Shown: piece after piece, positions 46,805 through 56,700 of the stretch
How the letters are laid out: every line of letters starts with the position of its first letter
How positions within the stretch are numbered: position 1 is the stretch's first letter
Source of the DNA: Escherichia coli
GTDB lineage: Bacteria; Pseudomonadota; Gammaproteobacteria; Enterobacterales; Enterobacteriaceae
DNA length: 64,000 bases
Direction: 5' to 3' (one strand)
NCBI RefSeq assembly: GCF_046105845.1
Contig: NZ_CP151004.1
Program-made: the position numbers and the translations under genes
Notes under the pieces: generated by a model
Told to the model about the DNA's origin: nothing
What the model saw: the letters and a program-made list of their open reading frames with translations, nothing else
Database searches by the model: none

Positions 46805-47832
46805 TGGGAAAGAGTAAGAAGAACCGCGCTGCGGCGACGAAACAGATCCAGCATAAAAACCAGACTTCAGCCGAAGCATTCAGCTTCGGTGATCCCGTTC
46901 CTGTTCTGGACCGCCGCGAACTGCTGGACTATGTGGAATGCGTACAGATGGACCGTTGGTATGAGCCACCAGTGAGTTTCGACGGCCTGGCGCGAACCTT
47001 CCGCGCCGCCGTACACCACAGCTCACCGATTGCAGTAAAGTGCAACATTCTGACCAGCACCTATATCCCTCACCCGTTGCTCAGCCAGCAGGCTTTTTCA
47101 CGTTTTGTGCAGGACTATCTGGTATTTGGTAATGCCTACCTGGAGAAACGCACGAACCGCTTCGGTGAAGTTATCGCCCTTGAACCTGCCCTGGCAAAAT
47201 ACACTCGACGCGGATTAGACCTGGATACCTACTGGTTTGTGCAATACGGTATGGCAACCCAGCCGTATCAGTTCACGAAAGGCAGCATCTTTCATCTGAT
47301 GGAACCGGATATTAATCAGGAGATCTACGGCCTGCCTGGCTATCTTTCTGCTATTCCATCCGCTCTGCTCAACGAGTCCGCCACGCTGTTCCGCCGGAAG
47401 TATTACATTAACGGCAGTCATGCAGGCTTCATCATGTACATGACCGATGCCGCGCAAAACCAGGAAGATGTGAACAACCTCCGCAACGCGATGAAAAGCG
47501 CCAAAGGTCCGGGCAATTTCCGCAACCTGTTTATGTACTCGCCTAACGGCAAAAAAGATGGCATTCAGATTATCCCGTTATCGGAAGTCGCGGCGAAGGA
47601 TGAGTTTTTGAATATCAAGAACGTGAGCCGGGACGACATGATGGCAGCACACCGTGTGCCGCCACAAATGATGGGGATTATGCCTAATAATGTTGGGGGA
47701 TTTGGGGATGTGGAGAAGGCGAGCTTGGTCTTTGTTCGTAATGAACTGATTCCTTTACAAAAAAGACTGATGGAAGTAAATGTCTGGCTCAATGAAGAAG
47801 TGATTGTATTCAATAGATACATTTTAGAGTAA
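46801..47832 (+). CDS. Q: portal protein (P2 gpQ-like)
   Basis: 343 aa. Confidence 0.9.
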   Translation: MMGKSKKNRAAATKQIQHKNQTSAEAFSFGDPVPVLDRRELLDYVECVQMDRWYEPPVSFDGLARTFRAAVHHSSPIAVKCNILTSTYIPHPLLSQQAFSRFVQDYLVFGNAYLEKRTNRFGEVIALEPALAKYTRRGLDLDTYWFVQYGMATQPYQFTKGSIFHLMEPDINQEIYGLPGYLSAIPSALLNESATLFRRKYYINGSHAGFIMYMTDAAQNQEDVNNLRNAMKSAKGPGNFRNLFMYSPNGKKDGIQIIPLSEVAAKDEFLNIKNVSRDDMMAAHRVPPQMMGIMPNNVGGFGDVEKASLVFVRNELIPLQKRLMEVNVWLNEEVIVFNRYILE

Positions 47833-47838
47833 AAAAAT

Positions 47839-47856
47839 GGGCACCATGAGGTGCCC
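47839..47856 (-). terminator. rho-independent terminator of the 474-aa NTPase gene
   Basis: Hairpin gggcacc-atga-ggtgccc followed on the minus strand by a T7 run. Confidence 0.7.
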
Positions 47857-47862
47857 AAGTTG

Positions 47863-49287
47863 TTACTTACGTGTTTCAACTATATTCAGCCCCTTATAAA
47901 GGCTTTGATGGATATATACAGAACCAGTATTTGGCAACATTAAATCAGCATCTTCACATCGGAATCTAGCCGTACCGGAATTGCCCAACCGGACACCAAT
48001 CACAGAAGCATTAAATAGAGTTTTCATCAATTCACGAGAAGTATAGCGCTTACAAAGGTCAGGCGCTTTCTCTTCAATCTTACTGATGAATTCTTCTGTA
48101 GAATTATATCTATGCTGCGTCTGACGTAAAGATTCCAATAGCTCACCAAAATGAGGGTAGAGCCTTTTGTATTCTTGTTTTAAGTCCTCAACTTTCCAAG
48201 CGCTGTACCGTTCTTCAGCTATTCTAATTATATCCTTTTTTATTTCAGAAGCATTAGCATCACAGCGTTTTTGGCATTCTTGCAAAAACTGAATAACTTC
48301 TCTTGGGCGCAAAAATGTGCGCTTCACCAAATAGTTAAACGGTGAAATACTCCCTCTCATTTCACCTTCCTCAAAAATATCATCTATAGTTATATTTTCC
48401 GGCAATCTGGCGTTCACCATATCTTTCAACAACTCTGGTGTCCAGATTATTTCTTCTTCAATTGCTCGGTGTTTATCTTTATCATCAAATTCCAGCCCTT
48501 GATAAATATCAGAGCGTAAAAATGTTACAATATGAATACCTTTGGCTCTAGTATCAGAATAACTATCATTAATATCTTTTGTTGCCTTCAACAAGCCAAT
48601 CAAAAGGCTTTTGGCATCATCCGATCCATCCCAAGAATCATCTAATCGATCAGTGGCAATTAGCACCCCAATATCTGTACAAATTTCTTTAAGCTCGTCA
48701 AGGATGATTTTTATTATTTGAGGTGTCAATGGTGCTTGCGAAGCATCCTTATTAAACCCCACAGCATATCCGAAAGCCTCAAAATTGAATGAACTTAATC
48801 CCGAGAGTAACTTCCTTGCAGTTCCCAAAGTAGTTGGCGATATACCACCATAGTTATCAGAAACAAATTTTTTAATTCTAGCAAGGGCCTCCCGAGGTCT
48901 TTTCTCTGAAAATTGCCTACCTGACCTAATAATTTCTGCCGCAGCCTCAACAGCTATTGCAAATTTCCAAGCATTACAATGTGCCTGTTCGGGTAACAAC
49001 CCTTGCTCTTGATATTGTTTTAATGCTCCCCAAGCATACTGGTCTGGGGTCATGACATTTACGATAACGTCCTGCCCATATTTTGCTCTTACCAACCTTG
49101 GGAGTTGGGTAAAGATGGATGATTTCCCAGCCCCCTTTCTTCCAAGAAAATGGGCACTATAGAAACTCAGAGCTTGCTCAACTTGAGGAGTATTGATGAA
49201 ATAATCAGCCAACCTTCTATCAGCTTCAGCATCGACAGTACCAAAGTTGAGTCCCTTAACTGTAAGGCCTAACGCATCTAACCGCAC
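47863..49287 (-). CDS. P-loop NTPase of unknown family; accessory cargo between portal gene and cos
   Basis: 474 aa, GTG start with AAGGA RBS; Walker A GRKGAGKSS; possible Walker B LIATDRLDD; AT-rich by eye. Confidence 0.6.
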   Translation of the reverse strand: MRLDALGLTVKGLNFGTVDAEADRRLADYFINTPQVEQALSFYSAHFLGRKGAGKSSIFTQLPRLVRAKYGQDVIVNVMTPDQYAWGALKQYQEQGLLPEQAHCNAWKFAIAVEAAAEIIRSGRQFSEKRPREALARIKKFVSDNYGGISPTTLGTARKLLSGLSSFNFEAFGYAVGFNKDASQAPLTPQIIKIILDELKEICTDIGVLIATDRLDDSWDGSDDAKSLLIGLLKATKDINDSYSDTRAKGIHIVTFLRSDIYQGLEFDDKDKHRAIEEEIIWTPELLKDMVNARLPENITIDDIFEEGEMRGSISPFNYLVKRTFLRPREVIQFLQECQKRCDANASEIKKDIIRIAEERYSAWKVEDLKQEYKRLYPHFGELLESLRQTQHRYNSTEEFISKIEEKAPDLCKRYTSRELMKTLFNASVIGVRLGNSGTARFRCEDADLMLPNTGSVYIHQSLYKGLNIVETRK

Positions 49288-49372
49288 GATAATTCCTTAA
49301 TTGGTAAACTAAATTTGAACTTGATGCCAACAAAGATAATATCAATTTAATTAAAAAGAAAGCTGTTGCGCG

Positions 49373-49393
49373 CGCTCGTATCCCCGCCACGCC
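49373..49393 (-). other. P2/186-type cos site
   Basis: Reverse strand reads GGCGTGGCGGGGATACGAGCG, cf. remembered P2 cohesive end GGCGAGGCGGGGAAAGCAC. Confidence 0.55.
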
Positions 49394-49772
49394 TGCCCGC
49401 TTTATGCAGTGGTTTTCATGCACATGCATGACATGAGCAAAAGCCCGCCAGTTCTGGCGGATCTGAGCAAAGACGATCCTCAATCGATCATGCGATTTCA
49501 TGCAGCATAGTCATGCACTGTCAAAGAAGTAAAAATCCGTATCTGAATGGCCACTTGAAAAACGGATCATACGGGTTTACAAAGATGAATGTTCGCTGTG
49601 AACGGGAAGCGGAAGTTAACTTTCAGATAACATAATCCATATGCACGAGAACCTCTAAAATAGAATGGGACACCTAAGCGGGGTACTTACAACGATTCTT
49701 TCCATATTCACAGTTAACACTCTGTTTGGCGTATTTTTATTCAAATAGCAAACACCAATAAAAGGAGTTTCC

Positions 49773-50108
49773 ATGAACAATATTCCCCCTATACCACAGT
49801 TAGGAATTTATGTCTCAAAAATCGATCCCACCCTACGTATCACTGTAACCGATGTTGATATTGTTGATGGTGAGGATGATTCTCCTGATGATGAATTGTT
49901 TTATTTAGTCCACTGGATCGAGGGGGAAGATGAAAGTGATATGACAGCAATGGGATTTGAGCTAGACCCAGTAGAGTGGCAGGCTTTCGTTGAATCTGAG
50001 CAATTAGTGTTTGAGCGTGATCCGTACATGGATTCAATCCCCGAAAATTCAAACTTGGCAAAGATTCGGGATTTTCTCATGAAGACTAAACAGAATGATC
50101 ATTCGTAA
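49773..50108 (+). CDS. hypothetical acidic protein
   Basis: 111 aa, D/E-rich, no motif recognised. Confidence 0.4.
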   Translation: MNNIPPIPQLGIYVSKIDPTLRITVTDVDIVDGEDDSPDDELFYLVHWIEGEDESDMTAMGFELDPVEWQAFVESEQLVFERDPYMDSIPENSNLAKIRDFLMKTKQNDHS

Positions 50109-50300
50109 GTGTAAGCATCCATCAGGAAAATGGTTTTGTAAGTGAATCATCAACTTTTAGAGAGTCTCAGACACTCCCACTTCTGCTTCTGACACAAAGC
50201 GGACGATCACTTATCAAAATAACCGCCCACCTTACGCCTTATTTCACTCATTGCCCAAACTAGCCCCCATCAGAATGAATCCTCCTGGGGGCAACATTTC

Positions 50301-50534
50301 TTAATGCAGCCAGCTGTCGTCCTCCCACACCTTCTGCATAATTTTCATCACTTGTTTTCTTTCTTCATCCAGTTGCAGTCCGGTTAGTTCCACACCGTTA
50401 GAGCTACCTTTGCGAATGCGAATTACCGTTTTGGGATACAGGGGGCGCAGATTGCGGTAAAGCTCGGATTCAAGGGCGTCCAGGGTAGACTGGCTAATCT
50501 TCTGCTCTTTATCGATCATTATTTCAATGCGCAT
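50301..50534 (-). CDS. DinI-like protein (C-terminal module of a Tum-type antirepressor)
   Basis: ORF 50301-50606; MRIEIMIDKEQ...KVWEDDSWLH DinI fold signature. Confidence 0.7.
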   Translation of the reverse strand: MRIEIMIDKEQKISQSTLDALESELYRNLRPLYPKTVIRIRKGSSNGVELTGLQLDEERKQVMKIMQKVWEDDSWLH

Positions 50535-50544
50535 AAAAGTCACC

Positions 50545-50733
50545 TCAGCTGATGACATCCATTGAGCGGTTGTATTCGTGGCTTCTGATTTTTGCCATGA
50601 GTTCATCAGTCAATTCAGAAACCCACTGCAGAGCCAGCCCCTTCTCTTCATCACTACACTCACTAGCCGCTACAAGCTTAAGAAAAAAATCAATGCGCTG
50701 GAGCTTCAAAGACTCCAAAAAATAGTCCTGCAT
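50545..50733 (-). CDS. small protein upstream of DinI-like gene (Tum N-terminal-like position)
   Basis: 62 aa; LexA box in its promoter. Confidence 0.45.
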   Translation of the reverse strand: MQDYFLESLKLQRIDFFLKLVAASECSDEEKGLALQWVSELTDELMAKIRSHEYNRSMDVIS

Positions 50734-50774
50734 CTTTCCTCCTATAACACCAAAACAATACTGTACACATAACC

Positions 50775-50793
50775 ACTGTTTATATTTACAGTA
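50775..50793. promoter_or_regulatory. LexA box ACTGTTTATATTTACAGTA
   Basis: Perfect CTGT-N8-ACAG palindrome ~40 nt upstream of the 62-aa ORF. Confidence 0.7.
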
Positions 50794-50885
50794 TATAATA
50801 ATCTTACTGATGTAAAACGTTTTTTTACGTTCATCGGCCTGATATGCCTGGTATTATTAAGAGCACGAATTGTTAACCCGCGTAA

Positions 50886-53300
50886 TTAATATAGGTTCCG
50901 CCACTTATCATCTTCCTTCAGACGCTGGTTCCGATAGAAGATACGCAGGCCTGCTCCTGACGGAATACTGCCGCCGCGAAGGAGCAAATCGACTTCTTTC
51001 TCGCTGCCATCAAATCCCCTGGACTTCAGTTCATAGACGAGCTGCTGTCGCTGATGGTCTGTAATTCGCTGTTTGTAGTCTTTACGCCGTTTCGGTTTCA
51101 CCTGGCGTAACCTTGCAGCCAGTTCCCGGCGCTCTTTTTTGCTCATACTGTGCAGGTAATCGTGCAACTCCTTGTCATTCATACGGGTAATATCCGTTCT
51201 GGAGTCCGCATCAGCTGATTTGTCTTTCCCTTGTTGGTTCAAATTTTCAGCAAGGGGACAGTTATTGCCACGAGTCCAAGGGGCGCAAGCGCCCTGGTCG
51301 GCTGCCGCCTCCTGAACGTCAACGACCTTACGAACCATTTTCCATTTCATTGCATGAGTGCAGATCTTGCCCTGTACAATGGGTGACCAGATGCCATAAA
51401 TACGAATACCGTGATCGCCATAAGCGGTCGGCTCTTCGTTAATTTCATAAGCTGTTCTGATAAGGTGATATTTGCGGGGAACCAGTACGCCGCCCTGCTT
51501 CATGATGTAGGTGGCAAAACAGCCAGCATCAGCGGCAGCCAGGATGGCATCAAGGCGCGGGTCATCCAGTACCGGCGCACCTGCTTTTTTGTCACCCTGT
51601 TGCCTTGCCGCCTGACCAGCCAGCAAGCGAAGTTCACGGTACGCCTGACGCCCCGGAATACCAAAGAAGCGGAACTGCTGAACACGATGCAGAGACGCCC
51701 AGGCATTAACGTATTCGGCGTTATCACGCAGGGATTTACCCGTTTCCTTGCTGATCTCGCCAGCCAGACCACGTCCGTCAATGTTCTTACTGATGTATTT
51801 CGCGATGTAGCTTGTCGGCGTTCCTTTGCGCGGGTTTATCAGCTCAGACTTAAAGCGTGGACCCGTGTTATTGCCCAGTTCCTCGCGGTCTTCACGGATG
51901 GCAAACTTACGCAACAATGCAGTAATGGCGCGGCGGTCTTTTTTGCGCATGAAACACATGAGATGCCAGTGCACAGTACCGTCATGGTGCGGCTCAGCCA
52001 CCCGCACGCCATACCAGCGCAACCCGGCTTTGTGCATAGCCTTACGAAATGCAGCAAACATGCCGACCAGATAATCGCTGCTTTGTCTTACCGTCGCATT
52101 TGTCCAGGTTGGGTTTGGTCTGCCGTTATTGAGCGTAGAATGGAAACGTGACGGACAGGTAATGGTGTAGAAAACGGCGCAGTCACCACGCATTTCCGCG
52201 ATAAGCTCCAGACCTTTAACACAGGCCATCATCTCATTGCGGCGGTGCGCCGGGTTGCTGCTGCTGGCGTTTACCACGTCTTCCATATCCAGCGTGTCGC
52301 CGTCTTCGTTCACCAGTTCATGAGAACGGAAAAACTCCAGCGACTTGCGGCGCTGCTCACGTTTATGCGTCACTGCTTCATAGCTGACATAGGGAGATGC
52401 TTTTTTGCTGACCAGGCAGACAGCACGCAACTGCTCTTCCCGCCATTCGCAACGTATCTTCCACAATTTTCGATACCACCAGTCGGCGCAAAGCATACGT
52501 GCCAGCGAACCCGGTATGAGTTCATAGGGCACGGGTTTGCGGCGGTTTCTTTTCCGACGGAGTTTCTCAAACGCAGGCGGGATAACATCCAGACGCAGGG
52601 TTTCCGCTGCCACCTTTTCCCATGTCTTGCGGATTTCTTCTGGCTTAACGTCATCGGTGGCATACAAATCACCACAAGCGGCCTCAAGACACATGCTCAT
52701 ATGCGCTGCTACCAAGGTGGACAGGCGTTTTACCTGATCCTGACTCATTTCAGGCAGGATCAGCAGGCCCTCAAGCCCTTGATGGCTTGCCATAAAACGG
52801 AAAGAAGCGGATAGCTGACTGTCGCGTACATACTCCAGTCGCTCCAGACATGACTTAATCGTCTCACGCAAATAGCGGGAATAAGCCTTTGGCCTGCCCA
52901 GGCTGCTGAAGTATTCGATACGTTGCATCAGCGGCTTGCTGATGTGGGTGGGCTGGGCGCTGACGTCCGCCAGAATGACCATGTCCGGGTTAAAACGCTG
53001 CTGCTCATGCGCCAGCTTTGCCCGACTAATGAGATTATCCTGCTCCATTTCGCGCTGGACAGGATCACGGGATTCATTAAAGAAATAACGCTCCCAGACC
53101 TGCTCACTCAGTGCATCGCGGCGCAGCTGTTCCTGCTCGTTATCGGCAGCGTACAGAGTGATCATGTTTGAAAGTGCAGACTCCGGCGCAACTTCCGCCG
53201 GGTCCAGATAAGGGTTAATGGCCTTTTTCGGGCCGTTCCATGAAAATGCTGCAGCGGCCTCGTTAAAGCCGCTAGAGTTGCTCATATCATCATGACTCAT
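50886..53300 (-). CDS. A: replication initiation endonuclease (P2/186 gpA-like)
   Basis: 804 aa; rolling-circle motif region HWHLMCF. Confidence 0.85.
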   Translation of the reverse strand: MSHDDMSNSSGFNEAAAAFSWNGPKKAINPYLDPAEVAPESALSNMITLYAADNEQEQLRRDALSEQVWERYFFNESRDPVQREMEQDNLISRAKLAHEQQRFNPDMVILADVSAQPTHISKPLMQRIEYFSSLGRPKAYSRYLRETIKSCLERLEYVRDSQLSASFRFMASHQGLEGLLILPEMSQDQVKRLSTLVAAHMSMCLEAACGDLYATDDVKPEEIRKTWEKVAAETLRLDVIPPAFEKLRRKRNRRKPVPYELIPGSLARMLCADWWYRKLWKIRCEWREEQLRAVCLVSKKASPYVSYEAVTHKREQRRKSLEFFRSHELVNEDGDTLDMEDVVNASSSNPAHRRNEMMACVKGLELIAEMRGDCAVFYTITCPSRFHSTLNNGRPNPTWTNATVRQSSDYLVGMFAAFRKAMHKAGLRWYGVRVAEPHHDGTVHWHLMCFMRKKDRRAITALLRKFAIREDREELGNNTGPRFKSELINPRKGTPTSYIAKYISKNIDGRGLAGEISKETGKSLRDNAEYVNAWASLHRVQQFRFFGIPGRQAYRELRLLAGQAARQQGDKKAGAPVLDDPRLDAILAAADAGCFATYIMKQGGVLVPRKYHLIRTAYEINEEPTAYGDHGIRIYGIWSPIVQGKICTHAMKWKMVRKVVDVQEAAADQGACAPWTRGNNCPLAENLNQQGKDKSADADSRTDITRMNDKELHDYLHSMSKKERRELAARLRQVKPKRRKDYKQRITDHQRQQLVYELKSRGFDGSEKEVDLLLRGGSIPSGAGLRIFYRNQRLKEDDKWRNLY

Positions 53301-54154
53301 ACACGCACCTCGTACACAGCAGAACTATCCACGCCACGCGAAGGATCAAATCCCACCCAGCAGCGCGCCCCGGAAACAGCAATGATTTCTGTTGCAGATT
53401 TACTCTCGCCAGCCGACACGCCGATGCTGCGTTTTGCCTTGATGTAGTGGTGAGTGAAATTGCGATACAGCGAACGAATCAGGGATGTGTCACTGTTAGA
53501 AACAATGACCGGATGACCTTCAGATGATCGATGTTCAAGAACGGATGCCAGGTGATACTGGTCATCCTCAGTGAAGCCATCAGTGTGATAGCCGGAAAAC
53601 GTACCGTCATAAGGCGGATCGCAATACACCACATCCCCCGCCTTCAACATCGCCAGCGTTTCATCAAAGCTGGCGCAGATAAACGTTGCTCGCTGGGCTT
53701 TTTCTGCAAATTTGCGAATTTCTTTTTCAGGGAAATACGGATTTTTATAATTCCCGTAGGGAATGTTGAAATGCCCGCTCTTGTTATAGCGACATAACCC
53801 ACGGTAACCATGACGATTGAGATACAGGAAATATACCGCTTTCATGAAATCAGTAATTTCAGTGGAGTAATTAAACTCCTGCCTTATGTTGTAATAAGCC
53901 ACCTCCCTGTTTGCTTCCTCAAATAAAGCTCTGGCACGAGATATAAACGCCTCGCAATCAGCAGCAACCTTTTTATAGAGGTTGATTAAATCAGGATTAA
54001 TATCCGCAACAAGATAGCTGGGGTAATCCGTCTCTATCATCACAGCACAAGAACCCGCGAAAGGTTCAACCAGTCGCGGGCCAGCAGGAAGGTATTTTTT
54101 CAGTTCTGGCATAATGGCGGTTTTATTACCCGCCCATTTCAGGATGGTGCTCAT
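53297..54154 (-). CDS. DNA adenine methyltransferase (Dam-like)
   Basis: ORF 53297-54214; motif [12 protein letters not shown] and motif IV DPPY. Confidence 0.85.
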
Positions 54155-54378
54155 ACAGCACCTCCGTTGTAATGTTTGCCTTTCAGCTCTGCGATTTCCT
54201 GACAGGTAATGCAAAGCTGCACACCCGGAATGGCGCGACGTCGTGCTGGCGGAATTGGTGCTTCACACTCAATGCAAAGCACGCGGGATACGCCCGGCGT
54301 TTTGGCGCGGGCAGCACGGATATGACGCTGGCGTTCTTCTTCAACGCGCTGCTGTACGAGATCCATTGCATCAGCCAT
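54151..54378 (-). CDS. TraR/DksA-family C4 zinc-finger protein
   Basis: CIECEAPIPPARRRAIPGVQLCITC. Confidence 0.75.
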   Translation of the reverse strand: MADAMDLVQQRVEEERQRHIRAARAKTPGVSRVLCIECEAPIPPARRRAIPGVQLCITCQEIAELKGKHYNGGAV

Positions 54379-54617
54379 CAGTGGATCTCCTGCGCTTCGT
54401 TCTGGATTGCTTCAGCAGTCACACGCAGCAGTTCTGCCGCTTCGACGTGGTTTAGCTGGCGGGATGTGATATGAGACGCCAGGCTATCAAGGCGAGCTGC
54501 CATTGCTTCAGCCCTTGCCCGGCGTTCTTCCAGACGAGCCTCTGTCAGTAAAATATTAAGCCCTGCATCATCCGGTCCGGTTTTAGTCATGAGGGTTTCA
54601 ATATTACGCATAATCAA
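54378..54617 (-). CDS. hypothetical early protein
   Basis: 79-aa ORF in the early operon. Confidence 0.4.
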   Translation of the reverse strand: MIMRNIETLMTKTGPDDAGLNILLTEARLEERRARAEAMAARLDSLASHITSRQLNHVEAAELLRVTAEAIQNEAQEIH

Positions 54618-54678
54618 TTCTCCTGAATTTAGATAAAGGGATGCCTGGCGGGTTTACGCCATGAATTTCATTAGTTGG

Positions 54679-55020
54679 TTAATTCGGCATGGTTAGCCGT
54701 CTGGGAAATAAGCTCACCACTGCACGAAAATGATTCATTGCTTTAATCAGCTCCCGCTTTTCGTCAGTGGTCAGCTCATTAATGCTGATGCTATGACGTT
54801 CAGCTGGAATTTTTGCCATAAAGAATATGGCAGCCAGTGCCCGTTTATTTTGTTCATTATTGATATCCCGTGGATCACGCATATCTTTAATAAACCGCTC
54901 AAGCTCTGACTCAATATTCAGGCCAAAAACTTTCGCTCTTAATTCCGCAATATGATTAAGTCCATTCAGGCGTTCACCGGGGCTTAATGGAACAGTCGCC
55001 GCAGCGCCTTCAATAGCCAT
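54679..55020 (-). CDS. hypothetical early protein
   Basis: 113-aa ORF. Confidence 0.4.
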   Translation of the reverse strand: MAIEGAAATVPLSPGERLNGLNHIAELRAKVFGLNIESELERFIKDMRDPRDINNEQNKRALAAIFFMAKIPAERHSISINELTTDEKRELIKAMNHFRAVVSLFPRRLTMPN

Positions 55021-55184
55021 TGGTTCCCCCGTTTTTTCGTTGATAGTTCTGCCAGCAATTCATCTTGTGAACGGCACGGATGCCAGCGTTTACCATCCTC
55101 ACCCATGATCCAGCCGTGACCGTAGTGCATTGCCGGACTTTGTTTTACCAGCAGCGATGCAAATGATGGTTCTTTCGTCAGCAT
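54984..55184 (-). CDS. hypothetical early protein (186 fil position)
   Basis: ORF 54984-55214; start assumed at MLTKEP. Confidence 0.35.
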   Translation of the reverse strand: MLTKEPSFASLLVKQSPAMHYGHGWIMGEDGKRWHPCRSQDELLAELSTKKRGNQWLLKALRRLFH

Positions 55185-55191
55185 AAGCACC

Positions 55192-55707
55192 TCACAGCAA
55201 ACCGAATGAAGCACCGAGGCCAGTCACGGTATCAACTGCACTCGCCATCGCAGGATTAGCCTGTAAACGGGCCTGCAATGAAACAGCAGCCAGCGCCATC
55301 AGTCGTGTAACAGAGTTAATGCTGCTGATCGCATCACGACGGCCTGCACTGGTTTTTACATCGCCAGAAACCGCACCTGCCGCGACACGCCCTATCTCTG
55401 CAGTTGCACTCATGACGTAATGCGGCAGTTTCTCTTTTGCCACCTCATTAATCGGTACACATGGCAGGCAGTGAATCTGTGCCAGAAAGCCATCTACCAG
55501 CGTTGAATCTTCAGTCAGATCGGTAAGCAGCCAGATTTCTGGCGCATTGAGCTGATGCGGTTGATCTGGGTTGAGTTTGTTTCGCAGAGTCTGGACATTC
55601 ATTCCTGCACGTTCTGCCAGCTTCGCCATATTGTGACGAAGTGCAAAAGCTCTACAGGCTTCATCAAAATGCGGGTGTTTGGAAACTTGGTAATCAAACA
55701 TGGTCAA
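55192..55707 (-). CDS. cII: CII-type lysogeny establishment regulator (phage 186 CII-like)
   Basis: [45 protein letters not shown] closely matches remembered 186 CII. Confidence 0.85.
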   Translation of the reverse strand: MTMFDYQVSKHPHFDEACRAFALRHNMAKLAERAGMNVQTLRNKLNPDQPHQLNAPEIWLLTDLTEDSTLVDGFLAQIHCLPCVPINEVAKEKLPHYVMSATAEIGRVAAGAVSGDVKTSAGRRDAISSINSVTRLMALAAVSLQARLQANPAMASAVDTVTGLGASFGLL

Positions 55708-55733
55708 TGCCTCTGATGTATTTCAGAATCGAA

Positions 55734-55955
55734 CTAATTAAGGTTTAGATTGCATTCTGAAAGCGCATCAACGGTCATGGCTGCTATGTTGATCATCACT
55801 TTTTCGCGTTTTTTATCTTTCCGCAGACGGTGACGGATAAGACGTCCATCAGCCAACATGTCATTGATAGTATCGATGGATAGCCCTGTCAGCTCGCTAT
55901 AACGTTCAATAGTCACATGAGGCGTGGTAAGAGTGATTGAAATGTTAGGTTTCAT
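55734..55955 (-). CDS. Apl/Cox-type excisionase/regulator
   Basis: 73 aa, first gene of the lytic operon, divergent from cI. Confidence 0.55.
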   Translation of the reverse strand: MKPNISITLTTPHVTIERYSELTGLSIDTINDMLADGRLIRHRLRKDKKREKVMINIAAMTVDALSECNLNLN

Positions 55956-56080
55956 GATGCAACATTCCTCGTTTAATGTTGATTAATCAGGACGAATACG
56001 GATCGTTTGTATTTTGTGAACATCATAAACATACGATCGCATAATGAAATCGTCAAGACAAAAGTTCACTTGGAGTGACC
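55956..56080. promoter_or_regulatory. immunity switch region between apl-like gene and cI
   Basis: Intergenic; imperfect inverted repeat gatcgtttgtat...atacgatc (56001-56039). Confidence 0.4.
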
Positions 56081-56650
56081 ATGAATTTGGAGAAAGGCGG
56101 ACGAGGCGCTATAGAGCGCATGGTAGAAGCATATGGCTTCAAGACTCGACAGGCGTTGTGCGATCACTTAGGAATCTCTAAAAGTACTCTCGCCACACGC
56201 TATATGCGTGACTCATTCCCTGCTGAATGGGTAATCCAGTGCGCACTTGAAACGGGCGCCTCGCTTAACTGGCTCACGACCGGACATGGTTCAAAGCAAA
56301 CTTCAGGTAATACAAATACTATGGAAGTCGTTAAATATGTATTATCTGATGGAACCTTGCAGGAAGATGGTTTTTATATTTTCGATAAAGAATTTCTACC
56401 ATCTACGCTCAAAAATCCGTTTGTAATCACCGATAACAATTCCGTTTTTATTTGCGATAAAGAGTTTAACGATATTCGTGACGGCAAATGGGTAATAAGT
56501 ATTGATGCCGAAGTAACAATCCGCGATATCACTCGTTTACCTGGTGGAAGAATCTTAGTTGAAGGTGGAAATAGGGCTTTCGAATGTAAAAAAGAAGAAA
56601 TCGAAATTATTGGAAAAATTATAAGCATAACAGTTAAGTACTTTGAGTAA
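56081..56650 (+). CDS. cI: CI-type immunity repressor (186 CI-like)
   Basis: ATG at 56081 after GGAG; N-terminal HTH (…AYGFKTRQALCDHLGISKSTLATRY…) and CI-like C-domain. Confidence 0.75.
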   Translation: MNLEKGGRGAIERMVEAYGFKTRQALCDHLGISKSTLATRYMRDSFPAEWVIQCALETGASLNWLTTGHGSKQTSGNTNTMEVVKYVLSDGTLQEDGFYIFDKEFLPSTLKNPFVITDNNSVFICDKEFNDIRDGKWVISIDAEVTIRDITRLPGGRILVEGGNRAFECKKEEIEIIGKIISITVKYFE

Positions 56651-56700
56651 TATAGGAATGTTTTTATGCTTGGTAAAGCATTTGTTGTGGTGTAAAAAAT

